DNA from: Acidimicrobiia bacterium
GTDB lineage: Bacteria; Actinomycetota; Acidimicrobiia; Spongiisociales; ZC4RG35
Assembly: GCA_036556085.1 (NCBI GenBank)
Contig: DATBKE010000125.1
Span: forward strand, 33,008-97,007
DNA: 64,000 bases
Reading direction: 5' to 3'
Under the pieces are notes generated by a model. The model was given only the letters and a program-made list of their open reading frames with translations. It had not been told where the DNA came from and made no database searches. Shown one piece after another: positions 26,310 through 34,548 of this stretch. Position 1 is the first letter of the stretch. Every line of letters starts with the position of its first letter. The translations under genes and the position numbers were made by a program.

Positions 26310-28704
26310 ACCAGGTTCGGGGTCGGCCGCCGATGCCTCGAAACAGGCTGGCCGGTTGCAGCCAGACGAGTCCCCGGCGCCACGCCGGATAGCGCCTCTG
26401 AATCGATCGCTCGGCGATCTCCAGGGCTGAGCGCCCGTCCGTCACGGTGCGGTTTCCAAAGAGGTGAGCGGTGAGTCGATCGGCCAGCGGCCGCAGCCCG
26501 GTTTCGCCACCGAAGGAGGACGCGATCTCCGCCGGCGTCTTTGATGGGGCAGGACGGTAACCCAGGTCCGTCAGGCGATCGATGAGTTCGGCCCACCCGG
26601 CGGCTATGTCTCCTCGCCCAAGACGCCGCAGGCGGCTTTGCCGCCGAACGAGCTTCAAGATCGGAATCAAAGTCACTGCTCCCACCGGCACCAGCCACCA
26701 TGTCCAGTCAAAGCGCGTCGCCCGGGCACCCAACGTTTGGCCATCGGTGGGGTCGAGTTGCTCCTCGAGAAAGCGGCGGTCAATTCCGGCGAGTGATCCA
26801 GGCAAATTGAGAGGACCCTGGGCGGGATCAACCGGTGCCGGCAGGTATTCGGAAGGACTGAATCCCACCGTCGCCGCGGTGGGGGGATTGGTGCCGTCAG
26901 AGCGCGGGGTGGGATCGAAGCGCACCCAACCCTGGCTCTCCATGAAGAGCTCGACCCAGACGTGGCCATTGCGGGCGCGGACGACGATGACCTCGCTGCC
27001 GTCGGACTGGGTCTCTATCTCTCCCGGCGAGAAGCCAAAGACGAGCCGGGCCGGAATTCCCAGGGAGCGGGCCATCACTGCCATCGCCGCCGCGAACTGC
27101 TGGCAGTATCCGCGCCGATAGTTGGTGCTCTCCGGCTCGAGAATCCATTCCTCCAGATTGAGGGTGGTGTGACCGGTAGAGACGGTGGCGTCGTGGACAA
27201 AACCGCCGGTGCTGCGAAAGAACTCTTCCAGGACGAGGCCCCGCTCGAAGGGGGTGCTGGCCTGGGCCGTTATCTGCCGGGCGAGGGCGCGGAGGACGTC
27301 GGAGAAGTCTTCGGGCAGATCGGTGTAGAGATTGGTCAGGCGGGCGGAGGGACGGTCCGAGGCGCTCTCGACCGGAGAGAGATTGAAGAGACCCTGATCC
27401 TGGGCGTTCTGGAACATCGGGGACAAGGACTCGTCTTCGGTGGCCAGGACCGCCAGATTGGGAACCGGAATCTCCGATATCACGCGGTACTCGAGTCCCT
27501 CCTTGGTGAGGGCGTCGAACTTGATCGAGCCGTCCTCCCGACTCCGATGGCTGGCAAAGAGCAGGGAGTCGTCGGTCTGCAAGCTCCGCGGCGAGTAGAG
27601 GATAGGAATGTAGGGCTGGCGGAGGGCGGCGATGCGGACGATGCTCTCAACCAGAACGGTCTCGCCGCGGAAGGCAAGGTCCTCTGCTTCCCAGTCCGAT
27701 TGATCGTTCGCTCGGGAAATATCAAGGTTGGCGGGACGAAATTCGGTGCCGTCGAACGTGTCGAGTGTGATCAATTTCCAGTAGAGCTGGGAATTCGGCG
27801 GCGCCGATGGAGATACCCGGGCGATGAATACCACCTCGGGGTTGTCGGCAATCAGATCCTGTTGGAGGGAGGCGAACTGGTTGTAGGTGATGCCCCCGAA
27901 AAGGCCGCCGCCGAATCCGGTGGGATTGCGCCATGCCACCAGGCCCGACTCCGGGACCGAGGCGGCGAAACGAAACGTAGACAGGGTGCCGGCCAGGGCC
28001 ACGAAGGCAACCATCAGGATCGGCATCCCGTAGGTGTGCGAAGACAAGGGCTGGCCCGAAGGTCGCAAGCGTGCCCGGCCGCCGCTGCGATCGCTGGCCG
28101 CCGCCCAAAACGCAAAGGCGCCGATGGCGATCAGGGCGGCGGGAGCCCACCAGGTGGGCGGTCGTCGATCAAAGGTTGCAGCCAGAAGATAAAAGGCGAG
28201 GATCGGAATCGTGGCCCGGAGTGGTCGGCGGGCAAACAGGCCGGAGATCGCGAGGGCACCCAGCGCCCAGAAGACCACGGCCAGTACGGCCACCAGACCG
28301 GGGGAGGCCGTGACCGGAGCTGATCCATACCTGATCAACTCAATGGCGACGGCCATCTCGGCTCCCACGGCAGCCGGCGTTGCGGCCGTGGGAACGAGCC
28401 CGCCAGCGAGTGTGTTGGCGGCAGTGAGACGGGCGAAGACCAAGGCGGCGCCCCCCAGCCCGAGGAGGAATGTAAGCGCAGGACCCAACCGGGCAAGTCG
28501 AGAGGCGGCCGCAACCGCGGCTCCGATCAATGTGGCGACGATCAGGACCGAGGCCAGGTCGGGGTCGGTCGGGCCTCCCTCGATCAGCCGTCCTACTCGG
28601 TGGAGGGCGAGCAGGAAGGCGCCGAAAGCAGCTAGGAGGCCGAGGCGGGTGCCCACGTCCTTATTCCGATCTGGCCAAAGGCTTGGGTCCACAGAGGCGC
28701 CCAT
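26275..28704 (-). CDS. transglutaminase-like (TgpA-type) membrane protein with DUF3488/DUF4129-like regions
   Basis: 809 aa. Multi-TM N-terminus. Cys/His/Asp TGase core (RRGYCQQFAAAMAVMARSLGIPARLV...NGHVWVELF...RFDPT). Start overlaps the DUF58 gene by 73 bp, so the true start may be internal. Confidence 0.8.
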   Translation of the reverse strand: MGASVDPSLWPDRNKDVGTRLGLLAAFGAFLLALHRVGRLIEGGPTDPDLASVLIVATLIGAAVAAASRLARLGPALTFLLGLGGAALVFARLTAANTLAGGLVPTAATPAAVGAEMAVAIELIRYGSAPVTASPGLVAVLAVVFWALGALAISGLFARRPLRATIPILAFYLLAATFDRRPPTWWAPAALIAIGAFAFWAAASDRSGGRARLRPSGQPLSSHTYGMPILMVAFVALAGTLSTFRFAASVPESGLVAWRNPTGFGGGLFGGITYNQFASLQQDLIADNPEVVFIARVSPSAPPNSQLYWKLITLDTFDGTEFRPANLDISRANDQSDWEAEDLAFRGETVLVESIVRIAALRQPYIPILYSPRSLQTDDSLLFASHRSREDGSIKFDALTKEGLEYRVISEIPVPNLAVLATEDESLSPMFQNAQDQGLFNLSPVESASDRPSARLTNLYTDLPEDFSDVLRALARQITAQASTPFERGLVLEEFFRSTGGFVHDATVSTGHTTLNLEEWILEPESTNYRRGYCQQFAAAMAVMARSLGIPARLVFGFSPGEIETQSDGSEVIVVRARNGHVWVELFMESQGWVRFDPTPRSDGTNPPTAATVGFSPSEYLPAPVDPAQGPLNLPGSLAGIDRRFLEEQLDPTDGQTLGARATRFDWTWWLVPVGAVTLIPILKLVRRQSRLRRLGRGDIAAGWAELIDRLTDLGYRPAPSKTPAEIASSFGGETGLRPLADRLTAHLFGNRTVTDGRSALEIAERSIQRRYPAWRRGLVWLQPASLFRGIGGRPRTWFSPRLRLVAPR

Positions 28705-29813
28705 TTGGCCCCCGATCCCGCCACCAAGGTCTTGACTGCCATCCGCTGGAAGCTCGCGAGGAGAGGGCCCGGGGTATCGGTGGCGGCCAACAGCACCCCG
28801 GCCCGGAACTGGCCCTCGAGCAGTCGCAGCACCGCCAGCACATCCTCATCAGGGGTCCCGGTGACGAGGATCAGGGCGCCGCCCTTCCCGCTCCGGCGCA
28901 GCCGAGATGCCACCGCCCGCAAATCGATGGCTGGATGCGGCTGGATCTTGGCGAGCTCTTCGAAGGCGGTCTGCGCCTGGGCGAGATCGATCAGCCCCCC
29001 TCCCATCCAGAGATCGGCGGCGAAGGTCGACGCCAAGTGAACCGAAACGGAAGCCACGCCCCGCACGGCCCTCTCGAAGTCATCAGGGGTGGCGAAGCTC
29101 CGTTTGCGAACGTCGAAGAAGACCAGTGCCCGCGACTGCCAGGGAGTTTCCATTTGGCGGATCATCAGCTCGTCGAGGCGGGCGGTCGAGGGCCAGTGCA
29201 CCCTCCGGAGGTCATCGCCCTCCTGGTAGCTGCGCAAAGTGTAGAAATCTTCTCCTCCCCGACCGCTGTGCTCGGGTCGGCTGGCGCTGGTGGCCGGGTC
29301 ACGCCCGCGGACGTTGGGATAGCCAGAGAGAGCCTCGACCGACGGGTAGACGATCAGCCGGTCGTCGACTCCGTGGGAACTCTTGATGCTGGCCAGACCA
29401 AAGGGGTCCCGGACCTCAACTTCGGCGGGGCCGACGGTGTAGATGCCGCGGGGTCGGCAGACGATTTGATAGGAGGCCGAGGCGATGGCCTCCCCGGGGA
29501 GGGATCCGATCTGAAAGTGGGCAGTGCCGAGACCACCGACGCCGTCTTCTATCGTCAGAGCGGGAGCGGGCAGGCGTCGCTGGTTTTCGATCCCCAAGGC
29601 CACCGCCGCTCTTTCCCCTTCGTGAACCATGCTCGGTTCGAGCTGGCGGGAGACACGGATCCGGGGGCGAAGGACCCGGGTGATGAGCAGGGCACCGACG
29701 ACCGCCGTGAGCAGTGCGGCTCCGGCGGCGAGTAACTCGATCTCACCCAAGGCGACCCAGGCGAGGAGCAGGGCGAGACCGGACCCGAAGACCGACGCTC
29801 CCCGCGGGGTCAT
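28632..29813 (-). CDS. DUF58 domain protein (MoxR partner)
   Basis: DLRRVHWPSTARLDELMIRQME DUF58 motif; two N-terminal TM helices. Confidence 0.8.
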   Translation of the reverse strand: MTPRGASVFGSGLALLLAWVALGEIELLAAGAALLTAVVGALLITRVLRPRIRVSRQLEPSMVHEGERAAVALGIENQRRLPAPALTIEDGVGGLGTAHFQIGSLPGEAIASASYQIVCRPRGIYTVGPAEVEVRDPFGLASIKSSHGVDDRLIVYPSVEALSGYPNVRGRDPATSASRPEHSGRGGEDFYTLRSYQEGDDLRRVHWPSTARLDELMIRQMETPWQSRALVFFDVRKRSFATPDDFERAVRGVASVSVHLASTFAADLWMGGGLIDLAQAQTAFEELAKIQPHPAIDLRAVASRLRRSGKGGALILVTGTPDEDVLAVLRLLEGQFRAGVLLAATDTPGPLLASFQRMAVKTLVAGSGAKWAPLWTQAFGQIGIRTWAPASAS

Positions 29814-29815
29814 TG

Positions 29816-30787
29816 CTAACTCGACCGGTGAATCGGAATCTTGATCCCCTCCAGCACCGCGGCCAGCAGCTCAGGAGCGGTGACTCCGCGCATCTGTGCC
29901 TCGGGTCGGAAGGTCAATCGATGTTCGAGAACCGTCCCCGCCAACTCCTTGACGTCATCTGGGGTGACGTAATCCCTCCCCTGAGAGGCGGCGAGAGCTC
30001 GCGTGGCTCGCTGAAGAAAGAGCGCCGATCGAGGGCTCGCCCCCAAGAGCACCTCCGGGTGGCGGCGGGTCCCCTCGACCAGGTCGATGATGTAGCCCCG
30101 GACCGAGCCCACCACCTGGACCTGGCGGGCCACCTCGATCATCTTGGCGACGTCGATATCGGTGACCACCGGTTTGAGATCGTCGAAGGTGGAACGCAGA
30201 CTGTGGGTCTCCATCATTTCCAACTCCTTTTCCCGGTTGGGGTAGCCCACCGCTACCCGCATCATGAAACGGTCGAGCTGCGCTTCGGGGAGGGGATAGG
30301 TGCCCTCATGCTCGATCGGGTTCTGAGTGGCCACCACCATGAAGGGCTCGGGGAGGGGGCGGGTCACGCCATCAGTGGTGACCTGTCTTTCCTCCATGGC
30401 TTCGAGCAGAGCCGCCTGGGTCTTGGGGCTGGCGCGGTTGATCTCATCTCCCACCACGATGTTGGCGAAGATAGCCCCCGGCTTGAAGACGAAGGAAGAC
30501 TCATGCCGATCCCAGATCGACACCCCGGTGACGTCGGAAGGCAGCAAGTCGGGGGTGAATTGAATGCGGTTGAACTCACAATCGATCGATCTCGCCAGCG
30601 ACTTCGCCAGGAGCGTCTTGCCCACCCCAGGGACATCCTCGATCAGGACGTGTCCTTCGGCGATGAGACAGACGAGAACCTGTTCGATCGGAACCCGCTT
30701 GCCCTGGATCACGCGCTCGATGTTGTCGGCCACGGCCGCGAATCGATCGGCGAAGCGATCGACTTCGGATTGATTGAGCGCAGTCAT
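29816..30787 (-). CDS. MoxR-family AAA+ ATPase
   Basis: Walker A GVGKT, Walker B VVGDEINRA, sensor regions. ATG at 30787; the track ORF extends to a TTG at 30835. Neither start has an SD sequence. Confidence 0.85.
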   Translation of the reverse strand: MTALNQSEVDRFADRFAAVADNIERVIQGKRVPIEQVLVCLIAEGHVLIEDVPGVGKTLLAKSLARSIDCEFNRIQFTPDLLPSDVTGVSIWDRHESSFVFKPGAIFANIVVGDEINRASPKTQAALLEAMEERQVTTDGVTRPLPEPFMVVATQNPIEHEGTYPLPEAQLDRFMMRVAVGYPNREKELEMMETHSLRSTFDDLKPVVTDIDVAKMIEVARQVQVVGSVRGYIIDLVEGTRRHPEVLLGASPRSALFLQRATRALAASQGRDYVTPDDVKELAGTVLEHRLTFRPEAQMRGVTAPELLAAVLEGIKIPIHRSS

Positions 30788-30961
30788 CGCCGAGCGTGAT
30801 CTTGCATCGGTAACACGCCGAATTGCAGCAGCCAAAGAGTGGGTCCGACCACGCCCTGGCTCATGTCTGGTCCCTTCCGTGCATGTCGCAATAGTCCCTG
30901 GGGGCGAATGGGTGCCCGGGTAGGCTGCACCCTATTCAGGGGTGAATCTAAAGGAGGCTCC

Positions 30962-31301
30962 GGTGGGCCGCGGACAGGCAACGCCTGAGGGCGGAAACTC
31001 AGGGGGATCGGACTTCGATACGGACGAGCGGGCGGTGGCGCGCGGGGTCGCTGCACTAAGCGACGCCGTAGGTGCCCCGACCCAGCTATTGCCCAGCATC
31101 ATCACCACTGCCTACGCCTTGCGGCCCCACCGGTGGTGGACCCAGTTGCCATTCCTGCCGCTGCCGGAGCCTGAGTACGTTCGTTGGCGTCTTTACACCG
31201 CTTACGGGAACCGGCGTCAGCGTCCCACACTTTCGGACATCGCTTCCTTTGCCGTTTGGCGGCAAGGGATTCGCCGGCTGGTCGATATGGGGAGCAAGTG
31301 A
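30962..31301 (+). CDS. hypothetical protein
   Basis: GTG start 6 nt after an AAGGAGG RBS. No family recognised. Coupled to the next ORF. Confidence 0.45.
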
Positions 31302-31831
31302 CAATTGCCGGCCTTCGCCAGCGACTCGAGAATCTCGAGGGGGTGGCTTCCATCCAGCTCGAGCTGGCCGATACCGGATTGTCGGGAATCCGGGTAACGC
31401 TTTCGGAAGGAGCCGATGAGGCCATGGTTCTGGAACGGATTAGAGCCATGCTTGTCACCTATGGCTTGCGGGCTCCGGAGCAGGTGACTGGCAGCCGGGG
31501 GGATGCCGAAGACGCCGCCGACCCGGTGGCGGTCCTCAGCCAGGAGGGTGACAGACTCCGGGTCGAGGTCAGAGGGCAGGGCGAGACGGTCAGCGCCATC
31601 GTCGACCCGAGCCCGCTCAGTGCGGCTCGAGCGGTAGCCGCAGCTCGGGCCCAACTCCGGGGTGAGCCGGCTCCGGAAGTGATGTGGATCGGCCTCGATC
31701 AAATCGGGGCATTTTCGGTTCTCACGATCCTCACCGCCCAACCAGACGACAAGGTCTCGGTGGGATCGGTGGTGGTGGAAGGTGATTGGGCCCAGGCCCT
31801 CAACCGAGCCTTGGCCGCCGCCTCCGCCTAA
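31298..31831 (+). CDS. hypothetical protein
   Basis: GTGA overlap with the upstream ORF; 177 aa; no motif recognised. The longer frame from 31184 is an artefact. Confidence 0.4.
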   Translation: MTIAGLRQRLENLEGVASIQLELADTGLSGIRVTLSEGADEAMVLERIRAMLVTYGLRAPEQVTGSRGDAEDAADPVAVLSQEGDRLRVEVRGQGETVSAIVDPSPLSAARAVAAARAQLRGEPAPEVMWIGLDQIGAFSVLTILTAQPDDKVSVGSVVVEGDWAQALNRALAAASA

Positions 31832-31834
31832 GAG

Positions 31835-31880
31835 GTTTCCCCCCCAGCGAACGAAGTGAGCGTGGGGGGAGGTGTCGCCG
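31835..31880. terminator. bidirectional terminator hairpins between convergent genes
   Basis: CCCCCCA-16nt-TGGGGGG, then GTCGCC-gaag-GGCGAC. Confidence 0.4.
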
Positions 31881-31895
31881 AAGGCGACGGAGGGG

Positions 31896-32393
31896 CTAGG
31901 CGCTGAGGAGGTAGGGCTGCCAGCTGGGGTCGAGCACGAACCCGGCCGTGGCGTAGATCCAGCTGTAACGGTGGGGGGGAGTGGGGCGCCGCACCAAGTT
32001 CAGGCCCACCTCGCCGGGGAGACGATCACCCTTGCGAAGGTTGCACCGGCGGCAGCAGGCGACGACGTTGTCCCAGGTGTGAAGTCCTCCTCGTGATCGC
32101 GGCGTGACGTGGTCAAGGCTCTCGGCGGGGGCCCCGCAGTACTGACAGGTTTGCCCATCGCGTCCGAAGACCGCTCGTCTCGAGACCGGCACCGTTCTCT
32201 CGAAAGGAACCCGGACAAAGGTGTTGAGCTTGGCCACCGACGGCACTGCGATCGCCATCCGCTCTGAGTGCCACACCTCGTCGCGCTCGGCAACCACCGA
32301 GGCCCGGCCGCGGGCAACGAGCACCACCGCTCTCCGCGCCGGCACCACCGAGAGCGGTTCAAACGTCGCATTGAGAATCAGGGAGGCCGCCAT
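31896..32393 (-). CDS. HNH endonuclease
   Basis: CQYCG...DHVTPRSRGG...WDNVVACCRRCN HNH/zinc-finger core. Standalone, 165 aa. Confidence 0.8.
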   Translation of the reverse strand: MAASLILNATFEPLSVVPARRAVVLVARGRASVVAERDEVWHSERMAIAVPSVAKLNTFVRVPFERTVPVSRRAVFGRDGQTCQYCGAPAESLDHVTPRSRGGLHTWDNVVACCRRCNLRKGDRLPGEVGLNLVRRPTPPHRYSWIYATAGFVLDPSWQPYLLSA

Positions 32394-32451
32394 CCCGACG
32401 TGAGATTAATGGGAGAGCACGCCGAGTCCCGAGAACTTTGAAGTGGGTCGA

Positions 32452-32514
32452 TCGAGCGCCTACGAGATACTCGGTGGGGGAAAGTGTTGACAAGTGGGGG
32501 GAAGTGGGGCATGA
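32452..32514 (+). promoter_or_regulatory. mraZ promoter with phased GTGGG direct repeats (candidate MraZ boxes)
   Basis: GTGGG(G) at 32452, 32473, 32493 and 32503 (10/20-bp phasing). TTGACA at 32486-32491, 17-bp spacer, CATGAT at 32509-32514. GGAGGAG RBS before the mraZ ATG. Confidence 0.5.
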
Positions 32515-32559
32515 TGTGCCGGCACTGGAGGAGAGTGCAGCAATGAGGGAAGCACAGCC

Positions 32560-33000
32560 ATGTTCACGGGCCGTCATGTTCACACGATCGACGAGAAGGG
32601 TCGCGTCGTGCTGCCGGCGAGGATCCGCAAGGGGTTCGAAGGTCATGACTCCTGCATGCTGGCTCCGGGGTCCGACGGACAGATCACTTTGAATCTTCCC
32701 GATGAGTTCGAGGCCTTCACCCGGGCGATGCTGGCCGACGCCAAGAGCACGGGGGAGCGCAGTGCGGCCCGCGTCGTCCTCCAAAGCGCGATCGAGCAGC
32801 CCTTCGACAAGGCGGGTCGGATCCTCGTCCCCGAGGCTCTCCGACAACACGCCGGGATCACTGTTCCCTCCGAGGTGGTGGTGGCAGGCGCAGGTCTCCA
32901 CGCTGAGATCTGGAACCTCGAGCTCAACCGGCGCGACTACGCGCTCGGGTCGTCGGTGCTCATCAAGTCCGAGCTGGCGAAGGAGGCAAGAGGCTCCTAG
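32560..33000 (+). CDS. mraZ: transcriptional regulator MraZ
   Basis: Duplicated DxxxR-containing halves (DEKGRVVLP..., DKAGRILVP...). Confidence 0.9.
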   Translation: MFTGRHVHTIDEKGRVVLPARIRKGFEGHDSCMLAPGSDGQITLNLPDEFEAFTRAMLADAKSTGERSAARVVLQSAIEQPFDKAGRILVPEALRQHAGITVPSEVVVAGAGLHAEIWNLELNRRDYALGSSVLIKSELAKEARGS

Positions 33001-33090
33001 CCCTGGATCATCGCCAGCCCCCCGGATACCAATCGGAAGGCCCCTGACTCCGCCCGCTTCCTTTTGGTGCCAGCGCCCGGGGGGCTGGCC

Positions 33091-34056
33091 ATGACCCAGG
33101 ACCGGGAGTCGGAGCGGGAGTACCACCGTCCGGTCATGGCGGCGGCGGTTTCCGAGCTCATGCGACCGGTTCCGCCGGGAGTGGTGGTCGACGCCACTTT
33201 CGGCGGGGGTGGTCATGCGAGGGAATTGTTGAAGGTGCTCGGAGGTGGCCACAGGCTTCTCGGGATCGACCGGGACCCCGCGGCCATCGCCCAGGCAGAG
33301 GTTCTGAGGAGGACCGTGGACGACAGGCAGTTTGGAACCGACCGGTTCACGGTCCAACAAGGAAACTTCGCCCACCTAGACGAGATCCTGAACGACGCTG
33401 GGGTCGAAGCGCCTGTGGGAGTGCTTTTTGACTTCGGAGTCTCATCTCATCACTTCGACGAAGCGCAGCGTGGATTCTCCTATCGACTCGAGGGACCTCT
33501 CGATATGCGAATGGATCGAAGAGGATCACTCACGGCGGCCGACCTCGTCAATGATCTCGAAGAATCGGAGCTGGCCGCGTTGCTCCACCGGCTTGGAGAA
33601 GAACCGGCCGCCCGGAGGATCGCCCGGGCGATCGTCAACGCCCGGCCGCTCTCGACCACGACCGAGCTCGCCGCCGTGATCGAGAGGGCAGTGCCGGGAG
33701 GGCGCCGACGACTCCATCCGGCCCGGCGAACGTTTCAAGCCCTGCGGATGGCGGTCAACAAAGAACTGGAAGCCATCGACTCGGGCGTGCGGACGGCGCT
33801 CGATCTGCTGGCCCCCCAGGGTCGCTGCATCACGATCGCTTATCACTCCTTGGAAGACCGACTGGTCAAGAGGCTCTTCGCCGAAGCCACCCAAGGATGC
33901 GTGTGCCCGCCCGAAATCCCAGTCTGCGTATGCGGAGCATCACCTTCGTACCGTTCCCTCACCCGCGGCGTTCGCAAGCCCACAGAAGATGAGATCGCCT
34001 CCAACCCTCGTGCTCGCTCGGCTCGGCTCAGAGCGGTGGAGAGGGTGGCGGCATGA
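33091..34056 (+). CDS. rsmH: 16S rRNA (cytosine1402-N4)-methyltransferase
   Basis: HRPVM...DATFGGGGH...FDFGVSSHHFD motifs. Start is uncertain; the track frame begins at 33064. Confidence 0.9.
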   Translation: MTQDRESEREYHRPVMAAAVSELMRPVPPGVVVDATFGGGGHARELLKVLGGGHRLLGIDRDPAAIAQAEVLRRTVDDRQFGTDRFTVQQGNFAHLDEILNDAGVEAPVGVLFDFGVSSHHFDEAQRGFSYRLEGPLDMRMDRRGSLTAADLVNDLEESELAALLHRLGEEPAARRIARAIVNARPLSTTTELAAVIERAVPGGRRRLHPARRTFQALRMAVNKELEAIDSGVRTALDLLAPQGRCITIAYHSLEDRLVKRLFAEATQGCVCPPEIPVCVCGASPSYRSLTRGVRKPTEDEIASNPRARSARLRAVERVAA

Positions 34057-34475
34057 CGGCGCCGGCGCTGCGAGCGAAGCCCAAGCCCGGCTTGCGGGTG
34101 GTCGCCGGACGGGGTGGAAAACCCCGCCTCTCCGGTTGGATCTTTTTCTCATTGGTGGCCGTGCTGGCTTTCCTGGGTATGGTCTTTGTCCGGACGTCTC
34201 TTGATCGGTCGACCATCGATTTGGCATCGCTCGAGAGGAATCTGGCCGAAGCGCGATCGCTCAACCAGCGTCTCCGTCTCGAGATCGCCCGGCTGGAGTC
34301 TCCAGCCCGCATCGCCCCCCTGGCGCGCGACCTCGGCATGGTCTACCCCCAGACCAGCCAGCGCCTGATTGTCGACGGCGTCCACCAGCAGACGCTCTCG
34401 GACCCCCGCTGGTCGGACCTCAATCGATTCGCTGCCGGACAGCTGGGGGTAACGGGCCAAGTGAACCAACCATGA
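34053..34475 (+). CDS. ftsL: cell division protein FtsL-like
   Basis: Single TM helix then coiled coil. ATGA overlap with rsmH. Position conserved in dcw clusters. Confidence 0.65.
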   Translation: MTAPALRAKPKPGLRVVAGRGGKPRLSGWIFFSLVAVLAFLGMVFVRTSLDRSTIDLASLERNLAEARSLNQRLRLEIARLESPARIAPLARDLGMVYPQTSQRLIVDGVHQQTLSDPRWSDLNRFAAGQLGVTGQVNQP

Positions 34476-34548
34476 GCGGCTTCTGCGCTGGAGCTTTCTC
34501 CTACCGAGTTTTTCTCGGAGGTGACCGACTCCGGCCGGAGAGATAGCA

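Noticed and set aside
26962-28323. 453-aa + strand ORF
   Set aside because: Antisense to the transglutaminase-like gene; Gly/Arg-rich.
28530-29735. 401-aa + strand ORF
   Set aside because: Antisense to the DUF58 gene.
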